Translations under genes and position numbers: made by a program
NCBI GenBank assembly: GCA_964615415.1
Contig: CAZTNI010000004.1
Span: 1 to 50,972 of the forward strand
Direction: 5' to 3'
Length of the DNA: 50,972 bases
Source of the DNA: an uncultured Candidatus Saccharibacteria bacterium
Lineage (GTDB): Bacteria; Patescibacteriota; Minisyncoccia; Phycocordibacterales; SBAW01
In this document: positions 12,414 to 22,338 of the stretch, piece by piece
Numbering within the stretch: position 1 is the first letter of the stretch
Layout of the letters: every line of letters begins with the position of its first letter
Notes under the pieces: model-generated
The model's input: the letters and a program-made list of their open reading frames with translations, nothing else
Told to the model about the DNA's origin: nothing
The model's database searches: none

Positions 12414-14028
12414 CGATATCAAGCAATACACACAAGCTGACATTGATGCTGCAAGAAGGCGCGGAGAACAGAAGTTAGAACATTTAACTTCTGATCAAAT
12501 CAAGCATCTTAGAATCAAATCTAAGAATAACTTATTCTTCTTAGCTTATGGTATTCTAGGATTCGACCTCTTGCATCCAGTGTTGCATAGAGATTACTGT
12601 AGATGGTTTGATACAACGAGAGATACTGCTCAGTTTAGATTAAGCCTTCTACCAAGATCTCACTTTAAGAGTACAATCAACACGATATCTGATACGATTC
12701 AAGTTCTACTGCCAGATGATTTAGGTACAAGTCTCTATCCTAGAAATCTTGGACCTAATGTTAGAATCCTAATAGCCCACGAAATTGACTCAAAAGCTCA
12801 GCAATTCCTGTCTGCTATTAGAGATTTCGTCTATACTGGTGATGTGCTGCTTACTTTGTTTCCTGAATTAACTCCCTCTAAAGGAAGAAAGGATAACAAA
12901 GGTGAACTTGAATTAAATAGAGACAAGATTTGGCCAGAAGCTACTGTCTCTACAATGGGTGTAGGTGGCAAGAGACAAGGCTCTCACTTCAATTATCTAA
13001 AGCCTGACGACTTGCAAGGTGAGTCTGCCACATATTCTAAAGCAGAACTAGTTGCTACTAAGCAATGGGTAGATAACTTACAGTCTTATCTCTTGACTAC
13101 TTCAATTGATAAGATTGACTTTGCAGGTACAAGATGGGCATTCGATGATGTGTGGAAGCATATCATGGATATCTATGGAGATTCTTTAAAGATCTATCAT
13201 AGAGCTGTGATTGAGAAGAATCCAGTAACAGGTAAAAGAGAACCAATCTTTCCTGTTACATATGATAAAGATGGAAACATCATCTCTGGATTCACAGAAA
13301 AGTCTCTTGACATTCTCAAACGTAACAAGAAGGTTTGGACAGCTCAGTATCTTAACAATCCTTTAGAAGGTGCTTCTACCTTCCAAGAGGATTGGCTTAG
13401 ATATTGGAATTGGTTCCAAGATAGAAGACATGTTGCTATCTTTTCTGGTAATGAGAAAGAACCAACAGCTGTCTATGATATCTCTGACTTAGATAAAGTC
13501 ATATTCATAGACCCAGCTATGACTGGTAATTTTGGTATAGCTGTAACTGGAACTACTCCTAAAGGTCAACATTTAGTTCTTGACTCTATTAAGAGAGAGT
13601 TTGAACAGCCGGAGTTTATCAACTGGCTATTTCAAGCTGTGAATAAGTGGAAGCCTAGATTAGTTGTGATTGAAGGTGTTCTATTCTCACATCTCTATCA
13701 ACATTGGTTAGTTAGAGAGATGTCAGCTAGACACACAAGATTCCCAATTGAAGCTGCTTCTACTAGACAGAAAGCTAAGGAAGAGAGAATTACTGGACTT
13801 TCACATTACTTTGAAGCCGGACAAATTCTCTTCCACCAAGAGCAACATGATATCATACAAGAGTTTCGAGAATTTGGTGCATCTACTAACATCCACATTC
13901 TCGATGCTCTTGCTTATGGACCTGAGTATTGGAGAAATCCTCCACCGCAACATGTACTCAATTCTATAAGAGAAGCAGAATATACTGTCATGGGAAGGGA
14001 CAATCTCACTGGTTACTCGGAGATGTGA
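12406..14028 (+). CDS. terL: Terminase large subunit
   Basis: 540 aa, directly upstream of the portal. P-loop-like LLPRSHFKST. C-terminal RNase H-like nuclease signatures: VIFIDPA, VVIEGV, HILDALAY. Confidence 0.85.
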   Translation: MDDDIKQYTQADIDAARRRGEQKLEHLTSDQIKHLRIKSKNNLFFLAYGILGFDLLHPVLHRDYCRWFDTTRDTAQFRLSLLPRSHFKSTINTISDTIQVLLPDDLGTSLYPRNLGPNVRILIAHEIDSKAQQFLSAIRDFVYTGDVLLTLFPELTPSKGRKDNKGELELNRDKIWPEATVSTMGVGGKRQGSHFNYLKPDDLQGESATYSKAELVATKQWVDNLQSYLLTTSIDKIDFAGTRWAFDDVWKHIMDIYGDSLKIYHRAVIEKNPVTGKREPIFPVTYDKDGNIISGFTEKSLDILKRNKKVWTAQYLNNPLEGASTFQEDWLRYWNWFQDRRHVAIFSGNEKEPTAVYDISDLDKVIFIDPAMTGNFGIAVTGTTPKGQHLVLDSIKREFEQPEFINWLFQAVNKWKPRLVVIEGVLFSHLYQHWLVREMSARHTRFPIEAASTRQKAKEERITGLSHYFEAGQILFHQEQHDIIQEFREFGASTNIHILDALAYGPEYWRNPPPQHVLNSIREAEYTVMGRDNLTGYSEM

Positions 14029-14031
14029 ATA

Positions 14032-14226
14032 ATGCAAGTTAAGATTAATCTAAAGACTGCTATACTATTACTTGGTGCTCTTGGTTCTATGTCTGCACGT
14101 CCTGAATTGCTAAACTTCTTGCCTGAAAATTGGGCTAATGGACTTAGCTTCCTCTTTACTGCTGCTCTCGCATTTAGCAATGCTTTAGCTAGAATCCCAC
14201 AGGAGCGTTCAGATGATGCTAAATGA
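14032..14226 (+). CDS. Small membrane protein (64 aa)
   Basis: ORF track entry with two hydrophobic segments. Confidence 0.55.
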   Translation: MQVKINLKTAILLLGALGSMSARPELLNFLPENWANGLSFLFTAALAFSNALARIPQERSDDAK

Positions 14227-14452
14227 GGCGAATCTTCAGACATTAGAAGAGGAAAAGCTTTATACTGATGAAGTTAAGCTTCTGTTCTCTTCTATTGCTT
14301 GGCGCTGGTTCCATGCAAATCTTAATCGAAAGTTAACTACTATTAAATTATTTGGTATCATCAAAAAGTCTATCTACGTTCGTGACTTGAGAGATATCTT
14401 CACTCTCCTTTTCGGTTCTCCTAATGGCTTATCCGAAGGAAGTATATCTTAG
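14213..14452 (+). CDS. Hypothetical protein (79 aa)
   Basis: ORF track entry that overlaps its neighbours at both ends. Confidence 0.5.
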   Translation: MMLNEANLQTLEEEKLYTDEVKLLFSSIAWRWFHANLNRKLTTIKLFGIIKKSIYVRDLRDIFTLLFGSPNGLSEGSIS

Positions 14453-16304
14453 TCCAGAACGCGAAGAAACGATTAAACTCTGGTTAATGTGGCAGATTAA
14501 CAATCACAGAATGGAACGCTCTGGGTTTGTTGATGATATAACAAGATACAATAAGGATTACTGGGCTGTACCTAACGAGACAGTTAGAAAGTTTCCATTC
14601 CAGGGTGCAGCTAATATCGTAATTCCAATTACTGCTATTGTTGCTGAAGCTGTACATGCTAGAAATATGCAGAGACTTTTCTCACAAGACCAGTTAGTTA
14701 ACCTTAAGTTCTTTGATCCTAACTGGTCACCATTCGATAGAGATATTGAGTTATTCTTAGATTGGCAATTGATGAATCAGATGAAGTTTAAAGCAAAGGC
14801 TGAGTCTGCAATCTGGGAACAAGAACTCTTTGGAACTGGTGTGATTAAAGATGGTTACATGAGATTAGTGAGAAATGTAATCTACGAGGAAAATGAATTT
14901 GAAGTTCCAGTCTATACTGGTCCTTGCATAGATAGCGTTCCACTTGCCAATTTCTTAATGCCATTCTCTGCATTAGATCCACAAACAGCTCCTTGGTGTG
15001 GAGAAGAGCATGTTACTAATCAATATGAACTGAAGCAGTTAGAACAAGCTGGATTATTTAGACCTGGAACTTATGATAGACTTTCTAACTACTACACTAT
15101 GGCTAATAATCTGAACTTGTCTTCGGATAAGTTTAGACAAAGTGTAGAAAAACTTCAGAATCAGCAACCTGCTTGGCCTAGCAGACTTGGTTGGTACGAA
15201 ATCTATGCAGGCTTTGCTCCACAAGAAAGTGATGGTAAACAGAAGAAGCTAATTGAATATGTGTTCTTATATCACTTAGATTCTAATACATTACTTTCTA
15301 TTAGACATAATTGGTTCTATGATGGAAGAAGACCATACGAAATTGGAGTGATGCAGAAGGTTGCTAATCGCTGGCTTGGTATTGGTATTGCTAAACAAAA
15401 CGAACAAATCCAAAGGTCTATTACTACTCAACATAGACAGCGACTAGATGCGGGAACAATCGCCAACGCTACTATGATGAAAGTTAAGAGACTCTCTGGT
15501 ATATCTCCAAGTGAACCTGTGTATCCTGGTAAGTTATGGTTCGTTGAAGATATGGGAGACATTGAGCCATTACAGTTCAATGGAACATATCCTACTGCTG
15601 CTAATAATGAACAACAGACATTGTACTATGGTCAGCAAAGGTCTGGTATCAATGACTTAACTTTAGGTATGAATCAAGTTGGTACGCCAGGTACAGCCAC
15701 TTCAGACATGGCGAGACTGCAAGAAGGTAGTCACAAGCATGATTACTACCACTCTAACATTCTTGATTTCTTATCTAGAGTCATTAGAAACACAGTAGGT
15801 AATATTTGTCAGTGGGGAACTTCTGACCCAAGATACTTCGAGTTTAGAGAGAATGGAGACATAGTAAGACAATTCTTTGACTTACCTCCTTCTCTATTAA
15901 AGTCTGGTATTCTTGCTGAGATTAGAATGGTTTCTCAGTCTGATAATAAGCTTCTGGATAGAAACAACTGGATGCAATTGGTAACAATCTTCCAGCAATA
16001 CTATGCCAATGCTTTCCAGTCTGCTTCTTTGATTGATCCTAAGATTGCTGTGATGGTTGCAGCACAAAGCATTAAAGCATCGACCGAAGCTTTCGAGCAT
16101 ATTCTTAACACATTCGATATTCCAAATGCTCATAAACTTTCACTTCGGCAATTGATAGATGGACTCCTTCCTCAAGTTGGAAATAACGACGGAAGAGCTT
16201 TACAGTCTCCGGGATCTCAGCAAAGCTTCCCAGTTTCAGGTAATGGTGCGGGTATTCAAACGGAAATGCCAACACTCACTGGAGAAGTTGGGCCAAGCGT
16301 CTGA
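14424..16304 (+). CDS. Portal protein
   Basis: 626 aa, located after TerL and before the scaffold and capsid genes. Confidence 0.8.
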   Translation: MAYPKEVYLSPEREETIKLWLMWQINNHRMERSGFVDDITRYNKDYWAVPNETVRKFPFQGAANIVIPITAIVAEAVHARNMQRLFSQDQLVNLKFFDPNWSPFDRDIELFLDWQLMNQMKFKAKAESAIWEQELFGTGVIKDGYMRLVRNVIYEENEFEVPVYTGPCIDSVPLANFLMPFSALDPQTAPWCGEEHVTNQYELKQLEQAGLFRPGTYDRLSNYYTMANNLNLSSDKFRQSVEKLQNQQPAWPSRLGWYEIYAGFAPQESDGKQKKLIEYVFLYHLDSNTLLSIRHNWFYDGRRPYEIGVMQKVANRWLGIGIAKQNEQIQRSITTQHRQRLDAGTIANATMMKVKRLSGISPSEPVYPGKLWFVEDMGDIEPLQFNGTYPTAANNEQQTLYYGQQRSGINDLTLGMNQVGTPGTATSDMARLQEGSHKHDYYHSNILDFLSRVIRNTVGNICQWGTSDPRYFEFRENGDIVRQFFDLPPSLLKSGILAEIRMVSQSDNKLLDRNNWMQLVTIFQQYYANAFQSASLIDPKIAVMVAAQSIKASTEAFEHILNTFDIPNAHKLSLRQLIDGLLPQVGNNDGRALQSPGSQQSFPVSGNGAGIQTEMPTLTGEVGPSV

Positions 16305-16417
16305 GAAAGAATTTGCTAAAGCTCAAGCTGAATATATGACGTACAAAGAAATCGTGAACTCTCTCCAGCAGTTATCCACTACTGTTCCAGACACTCAAAC
16401 ATTTAAGGACGATTTAG

Positions 16418-17047
16418 ATGACATCCCCGCTAGGGTCTCCTTCTGAGAAAGATATTCTTCTTCAGATGATGCAGCAGATGCAGAGTCTTACTTCTGTTGT
16501 TGCAGGTCTGCAAGAAGCTCAGACAAGACGTGAAACTCCTGCAGAAGTTGTTCACACAGATGAAGAGTTGAGAGAGCGTCCTTCTCTTATTGTTGATAAA
16601 TTTAATAAGGCTCTTGAAAGAATTGAGAGACCTATCAATGAGTTTAGAACACAAGAGAATCGCAGAGCTATGCTTGCAGACTCTATTGCTGCTGTGAGAC
16701 GTAGTGATGCTCGCATTGATAAACTCTGGAATAGGATTGAACCTGGAGTTATTGATGCAATGAATAGAGCTAACATTGACCCAACTTTCCAAGTTGTGAA
16801 CTATCATGCTAGAGCTTTGCTGGGAGACTTACTTCTTAATGATCCGACAATCTTAACACAGAATGAATCTATGCACATTCAGCCTTCTGGTCCCGCGCCT
16901 GCTGCTCCTGCGCCTGCACAAGTGAGAGAGCTTACAGAGAATGAAAAGATTATTGCTAAGCAGCGTGGATGGACAGCGGAAGAGTACATTAAGAAGACTG
17001 AAGAGCATAATGGAAGTTCTCTCATTGTGACAAGAGGTAAGAGATAA
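16418..17047 (+). CDS. Putative scaffolding protein
   Basis: 209 aa, helical and charged (Q/E/R-rich), located between the portal and capsid genes. The start is uncertain. Confidence 0.5.
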   Translation: MTSPLGSPSEKDILLQMMQQMQSLTSVVAGLQEAQTRRETPAEVVHTDEELRERPSLIVDKFNKALERIERPINEFRTQENRRAMLADSIAAVRRSDARIDKLWNRIEPGVIDAMNRANIDPTFQVVNYHARALLGDLLLNDPTILTQNESMHIQPSGPAPAAPAPAQVRELTENEKIIAKQRGWTAEEYIKKTEEHNGSSLIVTRGKR

Positions 17048-17526
17048 TGTCACAGGAAAGAGAAGTTATTAGACTTACTAAATCTACCAAGCCTGTCACG
17101 GAAATGTCCGATGAAGAGTACGAGGCAAGCATGGTGGAAGTATTAACTCGTGATATGTTATCTGGAAGATTAACCGTTGACCTTCCTGATGATATTCACG
17201 GTGAGTGGGCTGCTAATGACCCAGTTGCTATTGAACGAAAGAAAGCACTAGGCTTTGAGATAGACACTCAATATGCTACAAAGAATGCTCTGCATAGAGA
17301 TGCTTCTGGCAATCCGATCATTGGTGATACAATCCACATGATTATTCCTAAGAACAGATATGAAATTCTTAAGAAGATCGAGAAGCGTCGCTACAACGAG
17401 CAACATCAGATTAAGGAAGGGAAGACACCGGAAGAAAGAGCTTATCTTGAGAAGAATAAGGGAACAGATATGCCTTCGATTGATAACTCTAAGACAGAGA
17501 AAGTTGACTTAACTAAGCTTGATTAA
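17047..17526 (+). CDS. Hypothetical head-morphogenesis-region protein (159 aa)
   Basis: ORF track entry with an ATGA-type junction to the upstream gene. Confidence 0.7.
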   Translation: MSQEREVIRLTKSTKPVTEMSDEEYEASMVEVLTRDMLSGRLTVDLPDDIHGEWAANDPVAIERKKALGFEIDTQYATKNALHRDASGNPIIGDTIHMIIPKNRYEILKKIEKRRYNEQHQIKEGKTPEERAYLEKNKGTDMPSIDNSKTEKVDLTKLD

Positions 17527-17552
17527 ACTAACTTAATTTTACTAGGTAAGCA

Positions 17553-18056
17553 ATGCCTATCAGAATGACTGCTGTTCGTACACCTTCTGGCCAGGTTCCG
17601 AACATCCTCGCAGTTCCGTATGATGCAACTGATGCAATCGTATTTGGTTCTGTACTGTTTATTTCGTCTGGTATTTATAATCTTGCTGCGGCTGACCCTG
17701 CATTAATCGCAGGTGTTGCGCTTCAAGCTAAAGATACAAATCCAGGCTTTGCTGCTGCTAACAATCCTGTTCCGATTACAGGAAGAAGTGATACAATTTC
17801 TGTTGCCATTGCAGATACTACAACTATCTTCATGGCTACTCTTACCAACGGTTCTGCTACTAGAGTTGCTCCTGCTGTGACAGATATTGGTGCACAGTAT
17901 GGTATTACTGCATACTCTGGTGTTTGGACTATTGATAGAGCTAAGACTACAACATCTGCTAGAGTTAGCATTGTTGGCTATTCTACAGAGATGTATGGTG
18001 CTCCCGGCGTTGTATTCTTCAAGTGGCTTGCCGACCACATCTACGGCGCAACTTAA
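17553..18056 (+). CDS. Capsid-associated protein (possible decoration/cement protein)
   Basis: 167 aa, Ala/Gly/Thr-rich and beta-type in composition, directly upstream of the major capsid gene. AGGTAAGCA precedes the ATG. Confidence 0.6.
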   Translation: MPIRMTAVRTPSGQVPNILAVPYDATDAIVFGSVLFISSGIYNLAAADPALIAGVALQAKDTNPGFAAANNPVPITGRSDTISVAIADTTTIFMATLTNGSATRVAPAVTDIGAQYGITAYSGVWTIDRAKTTTSARVSIVGYSTEMYGAPGVVFFKWLADHIYGAT

Positions 18057-18078
18057 TTCATAGGATATAATAACCTAA

Positions 18079-18990
18079 ATGTTAGTACAGGGTAATTTTG
18101 CTCCGCTCTTTCGCGCTGGTTTGAGAGAAGACTTCCGTGATAGTTATCAGATGTATGAGCCTGACTATCCGAAGTTCCTCAAGACAATGACGATGGACGG
18201 ACCGGAAATTAAAGCTGCCGTCATCTCTGGGTTGAACAGACTTGTTGAACTTGGTGATGGTGAAGCTTTAACGTACGATAATCCGCAGATGTCTCCTGTT
18301 GTGATGGGTGTTGACAAGGAGTTCGGTCTTGGCTTCATGCTCACACAGAAGACTGTTGAAGATGATAAGTATAATAAGGCTAACCAGTCTGCGAAGTGGC
18401 TTGGCGAAGCTGTTAGAATGACTGAGGAATATCGTGCTGCTCAGTTGCTCGATGATGCTTTCGCCGGGAATACTTTCAAGGGCTTCGATAACCTTTCTCT
18501 TATCAACTCTGCTCACACATTGCTTGGTTCTGATTTAACTGTTAGCAATCAGGTTGCAGGTAATACTGAACTTTCTGTTACTGGTATTACTGCAATTCAG
18601 AATCTTGCGATGCAGCTCAAGAATGAGAATGGTTTCCCGATGCGTTGCAACTTGACTAAGCTCATTGTTTCTAATGATGCTGGTCAGTTGAATAAGGCTC
18701 GGCAGATTCTCGGTTCTGCTCTCGAACCGTTTACTGCTAACAATCAGGATAACGCTCTTAAGAAGGCGTTTGGTCAGATTGAGCCGGTTGTGTCTATCTA
18801 TAAGACATCTACAACGTCGTACTTCATGCTTGATGACAACCTGAATGATGCGTGGTTTGTCACTCGCAGACCTGCTACGTTTGATGATACTTATGATTTT
18901 AACACACGCGCAATGCTTAACTCTGTCACAACTCGTTTCTTGATTTGGGTTGTTGATTGGAGAGGTTGGTTCGGCTCTAACCCCACATAA
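18079..18990 (+). CDS. Major capsid protein
   Basis: 303 aa. Assigned from its position after the scaffold and its typical size. It is followed by a second capsid-associated gene and a strong terminator. Confidence 0.75.
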   Translation: MLVQGNFAPLFRAGLREDFRDSYQMYEPDYPKFLKTMTMDGPEIKAAVISGLNRLVELGDGEALTYDNPQMSPVVMGVDKEFGLGFMLTQKTVEDDKYNKANQSAKWLGEAVRMTEEYRAAQLLDDAFAGNTFKGFDNLSLINSAHTLLGSDLTVSNQVAGNTELSVTGITAIQNLAMQLKNENGFPMRCNLTKLIVSNDAGQLNKARQILGSALEPFTANNQDNALKKAFGQIEPVVSIYKTSTTSYFMLDDNLNDAWFVTRRPATFDDTYDFNTRAMLNSVTTRFLIWVVDWRGWFGSNPT

Positions 18991-18999
18991 GGAGATAAG

Positions 19000-19494
19000 A
19001 TGGGAAATCAAATTCCGTCTAACTTTCCTTTCACTACGAACCAGTTGAGTGATACAGGTATTGCAGAAGTTGGTGGTAATGTGAGAAGGCTTTTAGCCGC
19101 GGGAACACTTTTGATTGGTGATGTTGTTCAGCTTTCCGCAGCTGATACTGTAAACAAGACCACGACTAATGCTGATTACCAACGCTTTATTGGTGTAGTA
19201 GTGGGTGGTAAGACTTATGACGCTGGCGGAACTGTTAGCGAAAGAGCTGCTGAAATTGGGCAGACTGCTGCAACAGTTGGTCAGTGGGTTCTAGTTCAAA
19301 CTGATGGAATCGCTAGAGTTAAATCTGATGGTGCAATTCTTGCTGGTAGTAGAGTTATTCCAGATGCTACTGTCGCGGGTGAATGCGATGTAGCAGGTGC
19401 AAATCCTGGCGTAACTCTCGGAATTGCATTTGAAGCGATTCCTGATGGTTCAGCAGGAAGAATCCTAATCTCTCCTTCTTACGATGAAGCCTGA
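19000..19494 (+). CDS. Capsid-associated protein (possible decoration protein, second copy type)
   Basis: 164 aa, Gly/Ala/Val-rich. GGAGATAAG precedes the ATG. Confidence 0.6.
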   Translation: MGNQIPSNFPFTTNQLSDTGIAEVGGNVRRLLAAGTLLIGDVVQLSAADTVNKTTTNADYQRFIGVVVGGKTYDAGGTVSERAAEIGQTAATVGQWVLVQTDGIARVKSDGAILAGSRVIPDATVAGECDVAGANPGVTLGIAFEAIPDGSAGRILISPSYDEA

Positions 19495-19515
19495 GGTGAT
19501 CTAGGTCTAAAAGAG

Positions 19516-19584
19516 TGGGACTATATTAATAGAGAGTTAGTTTTAGATAACTATTCTCTGCTAATATAGTCCCATTTCTTTTTG
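19516..19584 (+). terminator. Rho-independent terminator after the capsid block
   Basis: tgggactatatta (19516-19528) pairs with taatatagtccca (19562-19574) as a 13-bp perfect stem, followed by tttctttttg. Confidence 0.75.
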
Positions 19585-19600
19585 CTGGATTAATTACTAA

Positions 19601-19815
19601 ATTAATTACACTCCCGCGGTTTGCAGTTGTAGTTAGGTGCGCGGAGCTAGTGCGGAGCGAAGCGGAGCACAGCGTAGCGCACTTGCAGTAAAACTATCCC
19701 TCGCGCGGGAGCATAATAAACGCACAGGAACTCTGATTGAATCCGTATCCCGCATAACCCGCGGTTGCCGTTGTAGTTGCGGTTGCGGTTGTAGTTCACT
19801 CTTATTCATAATCAA
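19601..19815 (+). promoter_or_regulatory. GC-rich regulatory island A (homologous to island B at 48888-49030 in the same orientation relative to transcription)
   Basis: Contains gcggagcgaagcggagc, gcgcgggagcataa and ggttgccgttgtagttgcggttgcggttgtagttcac. The internal direct repeat ccgcggtt(t)gc(a/c)gttgtagtt is at about 19614 and about 19759. The island ends about 20 nt before the ATG at 19816. Confidence 0.55.
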
Positions 19816-20076
19816 ATGAACATCCCTGTTCTAATTCACAGTAATCCAAAAGAAGTTAGAGTATCAGCTTCTGTCAAATTGAATCCTGGTGTATATCAGG
19901 TTCTATTAAGTGACGGAGTTGATTCTGAGATTGAACTCAAACTAGAAAATGGAGCTGCTTATGCAGCTAAACATAATCTAAAATTTCAAACACAGAAAAC
20001 TGTTACAATACAAGCTCATGTAATTCGGCCTGGAACAGAAACAGTAATTTCCTTGACTCTTAGGAAGCTTTCATGA
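19816..20076 (+). CDS. Hypothetical virion-module protein (86 aa)
   Basis: ORF track entry; first gene after island A. Confidence 0.7.
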   Translation: MNIPVLIHSNPKEVRVSASVKLNPGVYQVLLSDGVDSEIELKLENGAAYAAKHNLKFQTQKTVTIQAHVIRPGTETVISLTLRKLS

Positions 20077-20717
20077 TTAATCTGATTAACCTCAGAAAGA
20101 GTGTTCGGAGGGCAACAGGACAAGACGAACTTGATTTAGAAGATCCTGATCTTGATTTACTTCTCAATATTACATATTGGGAAATTCAAGAAAAGTTTCA
20201 CATTCGAGAAACAGAATCTTCTACAATATTTTTAGCTAATGCTGGTCAAAGAGAATATTTATTACCTCCAAGTTTTGAATCTCTTCGTATTGCTGCAATT
20301 ACTGATCCAACTAATGGACAGCATACTAAGTTAGAAAGAATCAGTATTAAAGAATATGAAGATATTTACAATCAGGATGTAGAGTCCAGAGGAACTCCAA
20401 CTAAGTATTTTAGAGGAGATAACTCTATCATTCTTTGGAAAACTCCTGATCAAGAATATACAATTACTATTCATTATCGTACTAAATTAGATGATCTTTC
20501 AGATGCTACTCCCGACCCTCAACTTCCGCGTTCCTGGCAAGAGATGTTGAAGGCAGGAGCTATCTATAGAGCATTCTATGAAAATAGTGATTACGATAAA
20601 GGTAATAAAGCCAAAGCACATTATATTCAGTTAATTCAATCTGCTGTCCCAGTTGAATCTAAGGAAGAGTGGGATAGCTCAACTGCTGGCGTCCAACCTC
20701 TTGGAATTGATTACTAA
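20073..20717 (+). CDS. Hypothetical virion-module protein (214 aa; possible head-tail connector or adaptor by position)
   Basis: ORF track entry with 4-nt overlaps with its neighbours. Confidence 0.75.
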   Translation: MINLINLRKSVRRATGQDELDLEDPDLDLLLNITYWEIQEKFHIRETESSTIFLANAGQREYLLPPSFESLRIAAITDPTNGQHTKLERISIKEYEDIYNQDVESRGTPTKYFRGDNSIILWKTPDQEYTITIHYRTKLDDLSDATPDPQLPRSWQEMLKAGAIYRAFYENSDYDKGNKAKAHYIQLIQSAVPVESKEEWDSSTAGVQPLGIDY

Positions 20718-21055
20718 TGTCGAATAATCTTGCACAGTGCCCTGATGTTGTTATTCCAAATGGAGCTGCTGCATCTCAATGGGTGAAGGTTGCTGATATT
20801 CATGAAGATGCGGTTCAAATTTCTCTTACTGCTCCTGCTGTTTTAGATGGTGTTACATATACTATTCAAGTTTCTAAAGATGGTATTACATCTGATGGAA
20901 CTTTGAATAATGGTACTACTGATGTGGCCCCGCCCACCGCTGGAAAATCTGTAAACTATCCTCCAATTGCAGCTAAGTACTGGAGAATTTTTGCTTCTGG
21001 TAATGCTGCGGCAGAGAGACGCTTTAAGCTTGCTAAGATTTGGAATGCATGGTAA
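20717..21055 (+). CDS. Hypothetical virion-module protein (112 aa)
   Basis: ORF track entry, coupled to its neighbours. Confidence 0.75.
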   Translation: MSNNLAQCPDVVIPNGAAASQWVKVADIHEDAVQISLTAPAVLDGVTYTIQVSKDGITSDGTLNNGTTDVAPPTAGKSVNYPPIAAKYWRIFASGNAAAERRFKLAKIWNAW

Positions 21056-21514
21056 ATGTTATATCCTCTTTTACAGAGGCTATTGAATGAGATAAGGTAT
21101 CCTCTTCTCTGGCCGGGTTCCACTGGAAGTCTGCCAGTACCTTCTGCTGGACTTTCTAATGTCACATTAGATAAAGCTTCTATTGATAATGATGGTATAG
21201 ATTTTTTAACAGCTACTATCACCTTATTAACTGCTGCTTCAGCTCCAATAGTAGGATATACTCCAACAGTTCTAATCTCTCCTGCAACTGGAATGGAATT
21301 GTTTGGAGCTACTTCTACGAATGGTTCGGGAGTTGCAACAGTTAATATCAGAGGTACCAATGTAGGAACTAAAACTGTGATAGCTTCTTTCAATGGAGTT
21401 ACAATTACAGCGCAACCTACATTTGATGTTAATTCTGTTCCTGTTCCCGGAACTGATGATAGAGATGTTTCATCCCTTGGATACCTTGGTAGGTTCGGAG
21501 TTGCTGCGAGATGA
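21056..21514 (+). CDS. Virion protein with a bacterial Ig-like segment (152 aa)
   Basis: ATSTNGSGVATVNIRGTNVGTKTVIASFNGVTITAQPTF resembles Big-type Ig-like repeats. Confidence 0.6.
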   Translation: MLYPLLQRLLNEIRYPLLWPGSTGSLPVPSAGLSNVTLDKASIDNDGIDFLTATITLLTAASAPIVGYTPTVLISPATGMELFGATSTNGSGVATVNIRGTNVGTKTVIASFNGVTITAQPTFDVNSVPVPGTDDRDVSSLGYLGRFGVAAR

Positions 21515-22338
21515 CTATTAGAAGGTTTAAGTTTGGGAGAAACAGTTCTTATAAAATAATTCCTCCTGTAGGTGGTGCCCAACTTGCTTGGGACTTTACA
21601 GGATTAACTACACAGTCTCAGTTTGAAGCATTAGAGGGTTGGAGAAATAATGATTATACTTACTGGGGAACTTCTAATGGATTATCCATTCAAACTGGAG
21701 ATGCTGCGCCAGGTGAAGAAAGATGCTTACAATCCAATCAACCAGTAGGTGCTTCTGATTATAATTCTGGTGGCGGATTCTCTATGCAATTCGCTTCGGG
21801 ATTCGCACCACAAACAGAAGCTTGGTTTACTCAGTATGTTAAATTTTCTCCGGGCTGGACTTCTGCAGGAACTGGCCCAAATAATGCAGACTTTAAAGCA
21901 TGGTTCTCTAGCGTTGGTCTTACTTATGCAACTTCTGGACAAGATGCAGCTAGAATTTTAATCTCGTCTGGTAGAGATGAATGGAAGGCAGGTAACTCTG
22001 GAATTCTAAATAGATGTACTTGCTTCCCGAATGGTGGTAATGACTTACTGTATATAGCTCTTCCTGCTGATATTGGAGATTTGGGTTGGTTCAGAGTTAG
22101 AATTCATCAGAGAGTCGGTGGAGCTGGACAAGGTATTTGGAATGTTCAATTCTATTGCCCAGAATATTCTGGAGCTCCAACAGTTGAATTACTAAACTCT
22201 GGTTATACGCCAAATAATGCTAACTATATTGGTGAGCTTCTATTTGGTAATAACATCAATAAGCCTTTATCAAATGCACAATGGGTTCGTTGGGGACAGC
22301 CTACTGTATATGGGGAAGACCCTGGTTGGGGGATATAA
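21511..22338 (+). CDS. Hypothetical virion-module protein (275 aa)
   Basis: ORF track entry. Confidence 0.8.
   Translation: MTIRRFKFGRNSSYKIIPPVGGAQLAWDFTGLTTQSQFEALEGWRNNDYTYWGTSNGLSIQTGDAAPGEERCLQSNQPVGASDYNSGGGFSMQFASGFAPQTEAWFTQYVKFSPGWTSAGTGPNNADFKAWFSSVGLTYATSGQDAARILISSGRDEWKAGNSGILNRCTCFPNGGNDLLYIALPADIGDLGWFRVRIHQRVGGAGQGIWNVQFYCPEYSGAPTVELLNSGYTPNNANYIGELLFGNNINKPLSNAQWVRWGQPTVYGEDPGWGI

Noticed and set aside
16159-16446. 95-aa ORF overlapping the portal 3' end
   Set aside because: The first half is an alternative frame of the portal gene. Only a remnant of about 36 aa (MTYKEIV...) lies in the 114-nt gap before the scaffold gene, and it has no clear SD sequence. It is not called.
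19633-19819. Two mirrored 60-aa ORFs (one per strand) in GC-rich island A
   Set aside because: The peptides are low-complexity (QPQPQLQRQP, CRCSCGCGC) and are generated by GTTGCGGTT-type repeats. There is no SD sequence, and both strands are open merely because of the GC-rich repeats. The region is treated as regulatory DNA.
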